In this document: positions 13,303-26,025 of the stretch, piece after piece | Position numbering within the stretch: the stretch's first letter is position 1 | How the letters are laid out: each line of letters begins with the position of its first letter | NCBI RefSeq assembly: GCF_018977255.1 | Contig: NW_024704742.1 | Coordinates: forward strand, 98,396,001-98,460,000 | DNA: 64,000 nucleotides | Direction of reading: 5' to 3' | Source of the DNA: Callorhinchus milii | Lineage: Eukaryota | The notes under the pieces: model-generated | What the model was told of the DNA's origin: nothing | Database searches by the model: none | What the model saw: the letters and a program-made list of their open reading frames with translations, nothing else | Made by a program: the position numbers and the translations under genes

Positions 13303-13554
13303 AAAATTTCCATTATAAAGAAGCTCCAAATTTCTTCCGGTTATTAGTCATGTGTAAATTTGCCAACGGAAAGAAAATTAACCTTGAATGCTTCTCGGCA
13401 AAATGTCTATTTAAGCTTATGATGTTTTCAGAAAACAAGAAACTTCATAGATCAAAATTAATCAGTACACACTAAGCTGAAACAAATGATGAAAAATGTA
13501 CAGTTTTGTAGTAATAATAATTTTACCGTTCCTAAATCTTTTAAATTAGCATGT

Positions 13555-13995
13555 TACCTTGGCTCAGTTGCTAATTCTCTCACCCTTGGTTAAGAAGTCA
13601 GGAGTTCAAACACTATGACGGAACTTGAGCTCAAAACAATCTCAGCTTACACTAGTATGCAATACTGAGGGAATGCTACATTATCAGAGGTGTGGCCCTT
13701 CAGATGAAGTGTTAAACCAAATTTCCCTTTGTCTGTTAAGATGAATATTAAAGGCATCATGATACTATTCAATTGGAGAAGGGACAATAATCTTATTTTC
13801 TGGGCACCAATTGTCTGCATAAATTAGTACTCACTTACGTTATTGTTTCTTGGGGGACTCTGCAAAACCCAAATGATTGGTATTGTTTGACTACAAATGC
13901 AGTCACTACACTTAACAGTAATTCTCTGCTATTTACACTTTTTGCTTTGAAACATTTTGAACTAATAAGCATTATATCAAATGCAAGATTGTTGC
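13555..13995 (+). mobile_element. Deu-domain SINE (family B), old
   Basis: tggctcagttg head; atactgagggaatgctacattatcagaggtg...cagatgaagtgttaaacc core. Confidence 0.75.
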
Positions 13996-14179
13996 AAATG
14001 CTGCTGCTTAAAATGTTTTATGAGTGTAGTCAATTAAATTCTGTATTAAATCAAGCATTATCTGCATCAATAGCTTCAAATGCCTTTAATTATATTTGTT
14101 AGTCAAATTTACATTTGAGTTAGCAGCTGGACTTATGATGACACAGAAAGTGGCATTTGTGGAGGAATGTTTTAGATTT

Positions 14180-14410
14180 TAAAACGTTTTGAATGAGTTG
14201 GATTTTGTGAATAATGGAGCTGGAGAGTCCGATGAGGATATCATTTGAATAGTTGAAGTGGGAGGTGACAAAAGGGTGAATGAGGGTTTCAGCTGTATTG
14301 GGTGTGAGGTAAGGTCGGAGCCGGGCAATGTGACAAAGGTGGAGGAAAGTGTTCCTGGTTAGGGATTGGATGTGGGGTAGGAAGGACAGCTGTGGATCAA
14401 ATCTGATTGT
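14180..14410 (-). mobile_element. L2 ORF2 internal fragment
   Basis: ORF 14120-14437: FDPQLSFLPHIQSLTRNTFLHLCHIARLRPYLTPNTAETLIHPFVTSHFNYSN...IQLIQN. Confidence 0.85.
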
Positions 14411-15334
14411 AACATTTGAAGAGAAAGTATGCCACACTCTTTGGTTCCCATTAGCATCTTCTCTCCTGCAGTTGTTTTTTTAATTGTGAGACTTCTCTGG
14501 TAATTCTGCCTTGTGCAGAATAGCCCAAGGTGCAATATGAATATGGCAATATGGCGTGTGTTCCCAACCTGAATTCTGAAAAGTTCCATCAGAATAGTTA
14601 TAGTTTCGGTTCTTTCCAATGTTATTTAAACCTCTGGGATTGTTTCCATTATATACATCTATATATTTATACAAATATATATAATCTATTGGGTTTCCTG
14701 ATCATTACCTTAGGGTTTGTTTGCATTCTTCAGGCTACACATACCTGTTTTAACACTTTTTCTTTTTGGGTTGCTATGTTTGGCTGTTTGTGGGACATTG
14801 CTTTGTGAAATTGAGCTGATACATTTGACTACAAATACACAGTCACTTCACAGTAAATCCTGTGAAGTTCTTTCTTTGAAACAGGCTCCTGATGTAAAAG
14901 GTACTGTACAACAATGACAACAACCAATTAGATTTGTATACTGCCTTTCAAGTCGGGAGGATGGCCCAAGTTGCTGGGACGTTATCCCAACATGTCTACA
15001 AATGTAAAGATTATGTTGCTATTTGTTTCTTCTTACTCTCCTAAGATAGTTGTTCCACTTTTCCAACTATAAATACGTAAGTAAATTTGCTGCTGTCAGT
15101 TGACTGGTTGTATGATATTTGTTATTCCTAAAACACATGTTGGCACTTAGTCACTTTGTTGTGCCTTTCAGAGAGTCGGACTCTCACTGTGAGATTCCGA
15201 CATTGTGGTGACTGTGGGGTAAGTCCTCTTAAATTGGTGTGCAATTGCCAGTGAATAGGAGCACGGATCATTGTTTTCCCCTTGCATTGCGGGAACAGAA
15301 CTGTTTAGCTGGAGTCAGAATTTATTTGATAAAC

Positions 15335-15690
15335 TACAGCAACAACGTGCTTTATTTATATAGTGCCCTTCACATAAGAAAACATTCTTAACATCCTGAA
15401 GCATTTTGCAGAGATGGTGCTAGACACCAAACAGGGAGGAATTGGAGAGGGGGGAGGACTGAGTTGATCATAGGCTTGGCCAGTGAGGTAAGTTTTTAGA
15501 TAGCTATGGAAGATAAGGAGGGACAAGGAGGGTTTAAGGGAGGGAGTTCTAGATATTGGGGGCCTAATAGTGGCTGAAGACTTGGCCATTGATGATGGGG
15601 CAGAAGGTGGAAATTGACGTGCTTCAGGCCTGAGTTTGCTAAACAGAGCGCGTGAGTACAAGGGTGAGCTCTTGAACCTGTAAAACATTC
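15335..15690 (-). mobile_element. Old L2 3' fragment
   Basis: FHSYLKTYL motif on the minus strand and an L2-type tail. Confidence 0.65.
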
Positions 15691-17269
15691 TCCACTCTCT
15701 CCGTATCTGTTTTGGGAAAGGGATTTCCGTTGAAAGGAGAGGCCACCTCACCTCTACCAGATGGACTTTGGATCCTGGGATCTGAAATTAGATACTGTTT
15801 CCTACAAGTCACTGCTGCTTACAAGGCTCCTTGAGGACATTTTCCTTTCTGTGGATATTTTCACTCTCAAATTCACTTTATCTCCATTTCATCTGAGCAT
15901 GTGACTGTCTGTATGTTTTCATTGGCTGTCTTTCATTTTGTTCCCAGTTGTCTCCTGTTGTGGACACTACAGAGTTTATCCACAGATTTTGATTATTATA
16001 GTTGTGCAAGTCCTTTTCTCCATGCACTACTTTGTGGTTCATAGAATATTTACTCTTGTAGAGCACCAGGGGTATAGCTCTGCTATAGCCCCATGTAGAT
16101 TTACAGTAACACAAACCACTTACTTAAACTGCATTGCCAATCATTGGGATCCAAATCACAATATTTATGAAGTGAATTTATTGCATTAATCAAAAATACT
16201 GGTTTGCGAATATCAGATTGCATTTCAGTTCTCATATTAGGTTCTGTACTGTTTGCACTTTATTTGTTTATGCACAGGTGTGGAAATATCTTACAGCTAC
16301 GGAAAAGTTACTTTATTTGCAAAATCGCTTTGCCATAAAAACATTTTGAAAGGAACTAAGCTTGCCTCAGCAAATTTGTTCCTCTGCTTGAATCATTGTC
16401 TGTTTCTTGATGTACCATTCATTCCTTGCCTTCTGACTGTTCTTTTATTATTTACTTATTTCTGCACTATGTCTCCTGGATTCTGCTCCATGTTCATCAA
16501 CTGCTTATTCATGTGACAAAGCCTACAGCTGCTTATCTGGGCTACATAGTAAAACTGCTGCATGGAGAATGAATAAGAAAGAGGAGGCCAAGTTAGAAGA
16601 AAGGGAATGAGAGACACAGACTGAATATGGGGAACATGGGTTGGGGGGAGGGCGGGTTTGAGGAAAAAAGAGGATCAGTAAGTTACAAATGAAACAAAGG
16701 AAAAGTATCAATCAACAACAACAGCTTGCATTTATATAGCGCCCTTCACAAGCACTTAAGAGAGACAGAAAGTACAGGGCAGAAAGAGTTACAGTAACCA
16801 GCCCACAATTTCTTGTAGCCTTAGCCTTAAAACAACAACAACAAAATTACATTTGTATAGCGCCTTTCACATCGGGAGGATGTCCCAAGGTTCTGGACAG
16901 GGTACAGCATTTCAGACCATTGTTTTAAAACTTAGAAATTTTGAAAAAATTCTTGAAGTTAGTCTTAATTTTGAAGCCATTTTCTGCAGTTGTTTAAGAA
17001 AAGGAATCTCTTGTGATCAACAGTCAGAGAGAGCAAGGAGCTACATACCCGAAAATACAAACTCAGTGTCACTAAGCTATTTGTAGAGATGCAGTCAGAA
17101 CTGGTTATGGATCCTAACTTGTAAGGAGTATGTTTTTAATTAAGGAATTAAAAATACATAAAAATTGTAACTGTAATTTGAATTCTCTTCAATGTTGCAG
17201 GCCGTACACTTTATCAATCACATAATGGCCCATTGCTCTTATCAGCCTGTATTTATTACTTTCCAAGAT

Positions 17270-17477
17270 TAATAACAATAATAATAATTCTTGCATTTGA
17301 TATAGCGCTTTTCACATCTTCTAGATGTCTTAAAGCGCTTCACAGAATAGACTGTAAAGTGAACTGACTGTATATTTGTGAGCGACATGCGGCAGCCAAT
17401 TGCACACAGCAGTGTCCCACAAACAGTCGTGGATTGAAATGAACAATTTTTTGTTTTTTGAGGGATTATTATCAGGT
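17270..17477 (-). mobile_element. SINE family A, 5'-truncated
   Basis: 3' 200 bp closely matches other family A copies. Confidence 0.9.
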
Positions 17478-18097
17478 AAACAAGGTGCATCTTTCCAGAG
17501 ACAGAGTTTGCATTCCATTCCAGACACACAGAAATTTCCATGCAGAATTGATATGCAAGTATGACTTGGTCTGGTGATAGGTTTCTGCCAAAAAATCCAG
17601 AATTAAACAAATGTGTTCATTGTCTGTTGAATTAAAATTTAGGATCTATGGAAGTGGAATGTGATTTTTTGGTAATATAATCAGCAAAAGGTGAAAACAA
17701 CAATACAATATAAATGTACATTTATATAGCACCTTTCACATCAGAAGGGCATTCCAAAGAACTTAACGGAATTAGCTGGGCACGCGAGTTGGTGGTGGGA
17801 GCCAAAGGGGTGGGGAGGAGAATGGTGGCTTAAAGTGCAGTCAAAGCAGATCTTGTGACAGCAAAGGATGGTTATAGTATCTTAAGGATCTGTGAAAAGC
17901 TAGGAGACCAAGATGATTAAGAATACCTTTCACCTGTGATATAATTGTAAATTCTATTTTCTAATTTAATTATGATATTGCAAAACATCTGTGCTTACTC
18001 ATATTCAAGATTGAAGTGGCATTATTGATATCAATTGGTGTGTTTCCGGGTTGAGTGTCAAAAAATTAACCTGATCTTTAATTGCCTTAAAATAAAA

Positions 18098-18690
18098 AAA
18101 TCATGCCTGTAAAATAAATTATATTTTATTATTGCTTGGAAATTGCATTAAAATAAAAACGACAAAGGGTCAATTAATATCTCATTTCAATGGAAAGCTA
18201 TTAGAATGAAATCACTGTCTATTCAGTCAATGATACAACACAGTTCAAGCAATGTTTGAAACACATGGGTTCAGATTATGTGACAACAATCAAATTGAAC
18301 ACATTAATTATCTAACGTAATTAAACTAAACGTGGCACATTATGTGATGTTCCTAAATACATATTCTGAATAGATTTTCGTTGTAGTTTTGTAAAAGTAC
18401 CTATTGGAAATCTAACCTAATTTTATAAATGTGCTGCCTTTAAAATAAAATCTAGAAATGTGGCAGCATTGTTGTGTGAGGCTGTTAATGTGATTAGAAA
18501 TGAAATCATCTTTACCATTAGGAAAGGGGAAGATATGTTCTGCAGGTACCTTTAATCACAAAATTTGACAGCAATCAATCATATTCTCATGGAAAGGTAA
18601 AATCAGTCTGGCTGAGTCTTACATAGACAGAAGCCCTTATCTATATCATGAAGCAATAATAAAATATAATTTATTTTACAGGCATGATTT
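18098..18690. repeat. Perfect 40-bp inverted repeat with 513-bp unique spacer
   Basis: 18098-18137 aaatcatgcctgtaaaataaattatattttattattgctt is the exact reverse complement of 18651-18690. Confidence 0.95.
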
Positions 18691-19744
18691 CCATTTTCAC
18701 TGACCACAAGGTCAAAGTCACAGTTATGTGAAATCACAAATGAAAGTCAGCAGTAATGAAAGGTTCTAATTTTTATTTGTATCTATAGTACTGTGCAACG
18801 AGCATACCAGACGCTAAAAAGTGTCTGTTGGAAAAAAATGGCAGCGTAAATTGTGCCTCATGCAGGAAAACACATCTTTTAATGGAAAGTGTATCATCTG
18901 CAAGAAATTACGGGCCTTGTTACAACTGCAGTTTCGTGACGGAATTTGGTATGTAACATCATGTAATTCATCTTAAAATCATTGCAATATTCTTTTGTGT
19001 GATGTAAAAGTACTGTATCTGCATCATTACCATGAAAGCTTTAATTGGCCATGATTAATGGGTGAGATTCAGACTTATGGTTAGTTTACTTGTTAAATTC
19101 CATAATTTTTGACTGTTTCAAGACAATTCCTGATTTAGGTCTGATATTTGTTGGTGTAAAAAGCATGAAAGGACCAGCATGGCAGATTGCAGGGAACACA
19201 TCTTTCCACAACATTTTGGTGATGAGATAAGATGCTGTATCAAATGCAACAATTATTATTATTATTAAGTAAAACTTTATTTGACATTTCCTAATCAGCA
19301 ACAAATATCTGTGTCTTAGATGAAGGTCAAGCCTGTGACATTTGGTACAGCATCTTTTACTAGATCTTCCTTTACCTAGAGAGCTTTTTGTACAAAGGTA
19401 TACATCCCACACATACTTCAGTTGCATTATGAAAGGGGGAGGCCTTGCCTAGAGAGGAAATACATGACATCCAATGGGTATTATTGATAAGGAAGTTATT
19501 GGTCTCAAGAATGTACTGCATTACTTATGAGATATTTAGTTCACTACACATTCACTGGGGCACTGCTGATGGCAGCACACGAGCCTGGCTCATTGGCAGG
19601 ACCTGGAAGGGCAGACCAGTTACTGGAGTTAGGGAGTCTTCCCCTCAGTTTCTGTTAACCCTGCAAGCCAAAGCCCTAACGGGTAGGATGGTCCTAGCTG
19701 GACAAGCAGCGGGAAAAGCTTGCATGACAGCAATATCAATGGCA

Positions 19745-20018
19745 ACCTATGCGGTTTTAGCTTTTTAGACTCCAGCAGTACCCCAACACCCACTCTGGGG
19801 TCCCCAGACCTTGATTTTTGCCATCCTGTGCCTAATACTTTCCAGAATTAGGTAAGCATGATGCGTCCCTCCAGGGAGAGAGTGCACATTCCATTGCTAT
19901 ATCTCTGGAATTTCCGTGTGTATTTGAGAGGCATAGAATTTTAAGTTTGGTTTGGATACTCTTGAGCATAGTAATGAGTTTCAGCATGTGTCAGACACTT
20001 GGCTGACCAGAAAAAAAC
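19745..20018 (+). repeat. Unclassified repeat family X, longest uninterrupted copy, A-run at 3' end
   Basis: Colinear with 35762-35886 plus 36453-36570; ends ggctgaccagaaaaaaa. Confidence 0.8.
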
Positions 20019-21156
20019 ACATTCTTAATACACGTAGTTTCCATGGGAGACCATTTTTAAGAAGACATGTTTACAGAACAGAGCAGCGCATCTATTTCTG
20101 CATAAAATGATCTGTTTAGACACAAAAGCATCTGTTCAAAATGCCTGAATTTCAGCAAAGGGGCAGGTGAGCATCAGACTGGAGGTGGAATGGTTCCATG
20201 CAGCATGGAGGAAGCTATGGCATAAATTGTATCTGTTTAGTGGAGCTTAGAAGGTCATGAATAATGTCAACTACAACCTGAAGCTTATTAAGATTACAAA
20301 GTATCTAAAATACCCCCCTCCCCCCATCCCACTCATTAGTATGGACTTGTCTATTTGAGTTACAACCATCTTCACAGTTCAATTAATTCAGACTTCAGAA
20401 AGATTGGACATTGCTTCATGGCTCCTGTGGCAAATTTGCAGCTGCTAAAAACATCTTCTATAAGCTTTTCTTGCAGAAAGAGGGGAAAAGTACATCTTCA
20501 AAGTACTGCGAACAGGTCAACAGATTCCTTTTATACTGATAGTGACAGCAGCAATTGCCTAATGCCTACTAATGTGTCAATTCTTAAAATGCTTGTGGTC
20601 ATTAATTGGGTCATGTTTATATTTGTGTGGTTGTTTAGAATCTACTTGGTTATGCTTTCTAGTAATGTAGACGTGGGCTGCATTGTTTTTAATGGCATTA
20701 GTTACTATTTATTCTTTGTATGCCATAATTTGACTTTAGATTAAAATGTTCCACTGTCATTGACTCAAGGACAATGACTAAGTTCTTTCACACCACACAT
20801 TGAATCAGTCCTTTGAAGCTGTTTAGATCAAAGAGTTTTGCCGAATGAAGGGAGAAGGACACAATTGTTTATCTGAAGATGCCTTGAGAGCCAGTCCTGA
20901 ACATCGGACACAAGGAACTGAGAGAGAGAAACATCTGTCTGTCTGTTTGTTTTTGTATTGTGAAGAAAAGTATTGTTTTGTAAAGTATAATGTTTGTAAA
21001 AACATTCTTTTTGTCTTGAATTATTTTACTGACTGCTTTTAAAGTCTGTGTATGTGAATATGTACAGATGTAAATGTATAATATTCAATTAGTATTTGGA
21101 ATTAAAGGCTAATTCTTTAACTGGCAAAGGAGCTGGTGTGATTGTTGATATATCTT

Positions 21157-21291
21157 AATTGGCTGCCGTGTTTCGTCGACAAAATACAGAGTCAATCTAC
21201 TTTACAATATATTCTGTGAAGCGCTTTGAGACGTCTCAAAAACATGATGAGTTGCTATATCAAATGCAAGGATTATTATTATTGTTATTAT
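21157..21291 (+). mobile_element. SINE 3' fragment
   Basis: aattggctgccgtgtttc...gtgaagcgctttgagacgtc...atcaaatgcaaggattattatt. Confidence 0.85.
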
Positions 21292-22465
21292 TTTCGTTCT
21301 TCTTGGAGTATTGTGTTGTTGAATGTCGGCCTGGGTTAGTTTAAGCTTGATTGTTTGCGCCTATATAATCAGTTGCTGTCATAGAATAAACTCAGAAGGA
21401 TCAATGCGTGTGCAGCTGAAATTTGTACTAAGGGGTTACTTAGGTTATTTGATAAGAGATAGGCACATAGTGATAAACCTGTGACACCCCATCTCAAATG
21501 CTGTGTTATTTGTCAGGCATGTGGATCATTCTCTGCTCCAGCCTTGGGTAGCTCCTTCCATTTGCCTGCTAGCTAGGGGATGTGACCTTGCTTAGCTCCC
21601 TAACCACCTTGTCACCTGCATGGCAGGCTTGAATTGCTTGCTTTGTTCCCACTGGCAAGAAATTCTACGAGAGATATGCACCTCTCCTGGAATATCTCAA
21701 CACAATTGAAACAGTACAAATAAAATACAAACTGGCATTAATGCTTTCAACATTAATCTCCAGGAATTTTGATCTCCGTATACCCACCATGCCGACTTGC
21801 AAGACCTTGGCTCCAACCTGAAATTATAGGTCTTGCAAGTAAATTTTCTGCAGGATATGTACTTTATATCCCAAGCTGCTACTTTGTAGATCAAGGCACA
21901 ATTTATGCTACTGTTTTCCTGATGAGTGTTTTTTAAACACTGATGTCTTTAAAATATCATGAATATAATTTTTTTATGTTTCTTTCTGTGAAAAAATCCA
22001 TTTTGAAGACTTGCACTTTCTCTTTTTCCTCTCACTTTGCATGTAATAGGCATCTTGCTCCTTGCTGTTCCTTGGTTGGGACCTGTCAATCACCCAGATT
22101 CATCCATGTGGACTCGCCCCCTGGATCAAGTTGTCAATAGTGCCCAATAAAAGATTATTCACTGAGATGTTGTTTTGAGACAGAGGGTGGACTGCAATAT
22201 GCCTGAGGTATTAAAGCAACATTGTGGTCAATAATGAGTTTCTACAACATGTTGGATATTATGTGCAGATTTGTGAATACTTAATATATGTTCTATGCTT
22301 GGGACAAGAACTCCAATAAATATGTGATGCTTAGGTCATAAGAACAGCTTGTGATTACAAATGTGAATGTTACCTTCCACGGAAGTGTTTTTATTAATTT
22401 AGGTTAGTATTCCACTAACCCGTAGTCCAATACCATCTAATATGCAGCACAGTCATCTTCTGACC

Positions 22466-23132
22466 ACAACAACAACTTGCATTTATATCGCGCCCTTCAC
22501 ACAAGGTAGCGTCCCAGTGTGCTTGTCAGTGGCAGAGCACAACGTTGAGCTGGGGAATGGGGGGGAGGTGACACTAGGCACGGTTGAAGAGGAAGGTTTT
22601 CAGGCGTGACCTGAAGATGGGGAAGGAAGGGGCAAGGCAGAGGGATAGAGGAAGAGTGTTCCAGAGTTTTGTGGTGTAGTGACTGAAAGTGCAGCCACTG
22701 ATGGTGAAACGCAGGGCATGAGGGACATGCAGAAGGCCGGAGCCAGTCAAGTGGAGGCAGCGGGTTGTGGGTTGGGGGGTAAGCAGGTTGGAGAGGTAGA
22801 GAGGTGTCAGGGCATGAAGGGATTTGAAAACGAGTGTGAGGATCCTGAAATCGAACTGTTAAGCGATAGTGAGCTGTTGTAACCTGACGAGGACTGGTGT
22901 GATGGAGTTTAGTGCGGGGGAGGATGCGGGCGGCGGAGTTTGGGATTAGCTAGATTCTGTGAATGGTGGAGTTGGGGAGCCAGGCAAAGAGGACATTTGA
23001 AAAGTCAAGTCGGGAGGTGACGAAAGCATGGATGAGTGTTTTGACTGCGTCTGGAGTAAATTACAGTGGAAGGTAGGCAATGTGGCAGAGGTGGACGAAG
23101 CTGGTCTTGGTCAGGGACTGGATGTGGGAAAG

Positions 23133-23172
<40 letters not shown>

Positions 23173-24180
23173 CCTTGCATTTGATATAGCGCTTTTCACG
23201 TCGGGAGGACGTCCCAAAGCGCTTCACAGAACACACTGTAAAGTGAATTGACTGTATATTTGTGGGCGAACGCGGCAGCCAATTGCGCACAGCAGTGTCC
23301 CACAAACAGTCGTAGATTGAAAATGACCAATTTATTATTGTTTGGGGTTTTTGGAGGGATTATTATTAGGCACTGTGTGGAGTAAGGAAACTTGCCCAAG
23401 GTTTCGCCCTCTGCCTGGAATTGAACTCAGGTCTCTCGCTTGCAAAGCGAGTGCTCTAACCACTGAGCTACAGGACTCCACATGACAGCTGTGACAGCTG
23501 TGGGTCGAACCTGACGCCAAGGTTGTGCACTGGTTTGGTAAGTCTGAAGGATAGACCGACGAGGTTGAGGAGGTCAGAGTCTCAGGATACAAGACGTTGA
23601 TGGGAACCACTGAGTATGGCTTCCGTATTGTCAATATTTAGTTGTAGGAAGTTTTGCTCATCTAGGCCCTGATGTCTGCCAGATAAGGCAAGAGAACATC
23701 AGCGGACCTGGAATTGCAACTGGCAAAGGAGAAGTAGATTTGTATGTCATCCTTATATATGTGGAAGTTTACCCCGTATCTGCAGATGACATCGCCAAGA
23801 GGGAGCATATCAATGAGAAAGAGGAGGGGCCCAAGAATGGAGCTTGGGCAGAATTGGGAGGAAAAACTGTTTGAAGAGATAAAGTGAAGGCGATTTGTTA
23901 GGTAGGACTCAAACCAGGCTAGTGTGGTCCCACTAAGGTGGAATTGGGAGGAGAGGAAGGCAATGGTCTGAGATGGCCTTGTCTGTGATGAACTGATTGG
24001 AGATGTCAAGGTCATGAGTGATAACGAGATCGAGGGGATGGACACGCTTGTGAGTCAGCGAGTTTATGTGGAGGGTGAGGTTTAGTGTGGAGAGTAGGGT
24101 AGTGAGGTCAGAGGAGATGGGGCAAGGGGAGCTTAGATAAAGTTTGATGTTCTTGTCTAGGATGAGGTCATGGATCATGA
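22466..24180 (-). mobile_element. L2 LINE remnant with endonuclease, RT and 3' end, internally deleted and interrupted by a SINE
   Basis: LDLVIT...ISDH endonuclease motif (ORF 23933-24253); LAWFESYL...SILGPLLF...HIYKDDIQIY RT motif (ORF 23662-24045); (caa)n tail at 22466. Confidence 0.9.
23134..23481 (-). mobile_element. SINE family A, young full-length copy nested in L2
   Basis: Intact A/B boxes, long (att)n tail, near-identical to 43264-43599 and 45921-46242. Confidence 0.95.
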
Positions 24181-24544
24181 GGGCTTTGTTTGAGTGGATC
24201 AATGGACCACAACCATTGACAAGGTTGTTGGTGGGGTGTGTCATCTCCAGCACAACTAGGAACCAATCGATGTATTAATGATCATCAGGTCAATGTACAC
24301 CAACATTAATACATCAAACATCACAATTTTTACCCTAGTATTATTAAAATCAGATTACCTATATATGTATATCTATATTTATAAATTATGAATCAATACT
24401 ATACAACTTTAGTGTAATACTATAATAGTCAATGGGCAATAATAAAGCAAACACGACAATGTTAGTAAGCAAAATGTTTCAGGTGAAGAAAATATTCATC
24501 CTCAAATGTCCAACAGTCCAGTACAGTGTAGTCGCTGAATAGTT

Positions 24545-24668
24545 TACATTTCACCCACAAAAAATACAGAATCCACTTAACAGTATATTCTGTGAAGCAC
24601 TTTGAGACTTCTAGAAGACATGATAAGCCCTATACCAAATGCCAGGATTACTATTATTATTATTGTTA
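24545..24668 (+). mobile_element. SINE 3' fragment
   Basis: cagtatattctgtgaagcactttgagacttctagaagacatga...ggattactattattat. Confidence 0.8.
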
Positions 24669-25644
24669 TGCATTAAACATATTCGTAAGTGTGTCAATGT
24701 GTAAAGCAGAAACATGTCAGGTTGACAGTAATGGCATGTTGGAATGGTTTTATATTATGAAATTTGATAATATACAATCTACTCTATTATCTCCAAAGTG
24801 GAAGAATAAAGTGCTTTGAAATGTGTTTGTGCTATAAAGTGACTTAGTACAATAAACAAATTCATGTAGCATGTATTGAACATAACAAAAGTGAAGAGCA
24901 TTTTCGAACACCTTGGTTATTGTAATTATACAGAGCAATTGGGGCTTACATATCCCAAACAATATTGTTCTCCCATTAGTCAGACCAGAGAGTATGGATG
25001 AATGTACCATGCTTTTAAGAATTATAATTTTCAGTACTATTTTTGTATTCATTAAATTAATAGGTGCTAGTCCTGAAGAGAAGAGGCTATTTTTCACTTG
25101 GTACTCAGTGACAGTATGCCAAGATTAGAAATGGGACTCATAATTTGCAATGCCATACTACCTTATTTTTTATAAACATGCACCTTCATACACGGATATT
25201 AATATTTACATATTAGTACAATAACATGATGTTTTTATTCTCTCCTATAATGTATCTGATAGTTTACGTTTATGCTTGCTTTTATGAGTGGAAAAATGTG
25301 ATATTTTTAACACCAGTGATAATTATTATAGAGACCAAAAATGCTGTCATAGTTATCACTAGCTGGGAATGGGGGTGAGGGTGGGGGTAAGATGGTGTGG
25401 GGGGCGGAGTTCACCTCTGAATTCAGTGCTAACTATTGACTGGTTTTGACTATAATTCTAGCCGATGTGGTAATATCACATGCCCTTCCCCCTTATTTTA
25501 TTGAATATTTTACCATCAAACTCCTAGGTTTCGAGTATCTTCTTATTAATGTGTAACCTGAAGAATACTTTTCTAGTCTGGGCAGCCAGGTCAGTATCAA
25601 GCGCTCTAGTCAAATATGAAATAAGGAGTCTTAAATTCTTCATA

Positions 25645-26025
25645 TAATCCGTGATTTTTAATGTAGCTCCTTATCACATCGTCCAGGTGTCCCAAAGTGC
25701 TTCAGAGAATTTTACAGTGAAATATAGCGACTGTAGCCAATTGTGCGCACAACAATGTCTTACAAACAGCCTTGAAATTAATGAAATTAAGGAACTATCT
25801 GGGGAATTGGCCAGGACACAGGGAGAAACTCCATTCTGTTTTCCAATAGTGCTATCAGATCTTTAATGTCTATCTGAAGAGGCAAATTGGGACTGTTTAG
25901 CATCTTATGTGAAGTATGGGAACTTTGACAATGTAGTGCTAGACTGAGTTTAAAGTCCTGATGTCAGGTTTGAATCCCCAACCTTCTGACTAAGAGCTGA
26001 GAGAGTGACACCAACCAAACCAGGC
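25645..26025 (-). mobile_element. Deu-domain SINE (family B)
   Basis: ttggccaggacacagggagaaactcc...caaccttctgactaagagctgagagagtg (reverse core and head). Confidence 0.8.

Noticed and set aside
23005..23399. Recurrent similar small ORFs with poly-I or poly-Y tracts, suggesting a peptide family
   Set aside because: Translations of SINE copies and their (ATT)n tails
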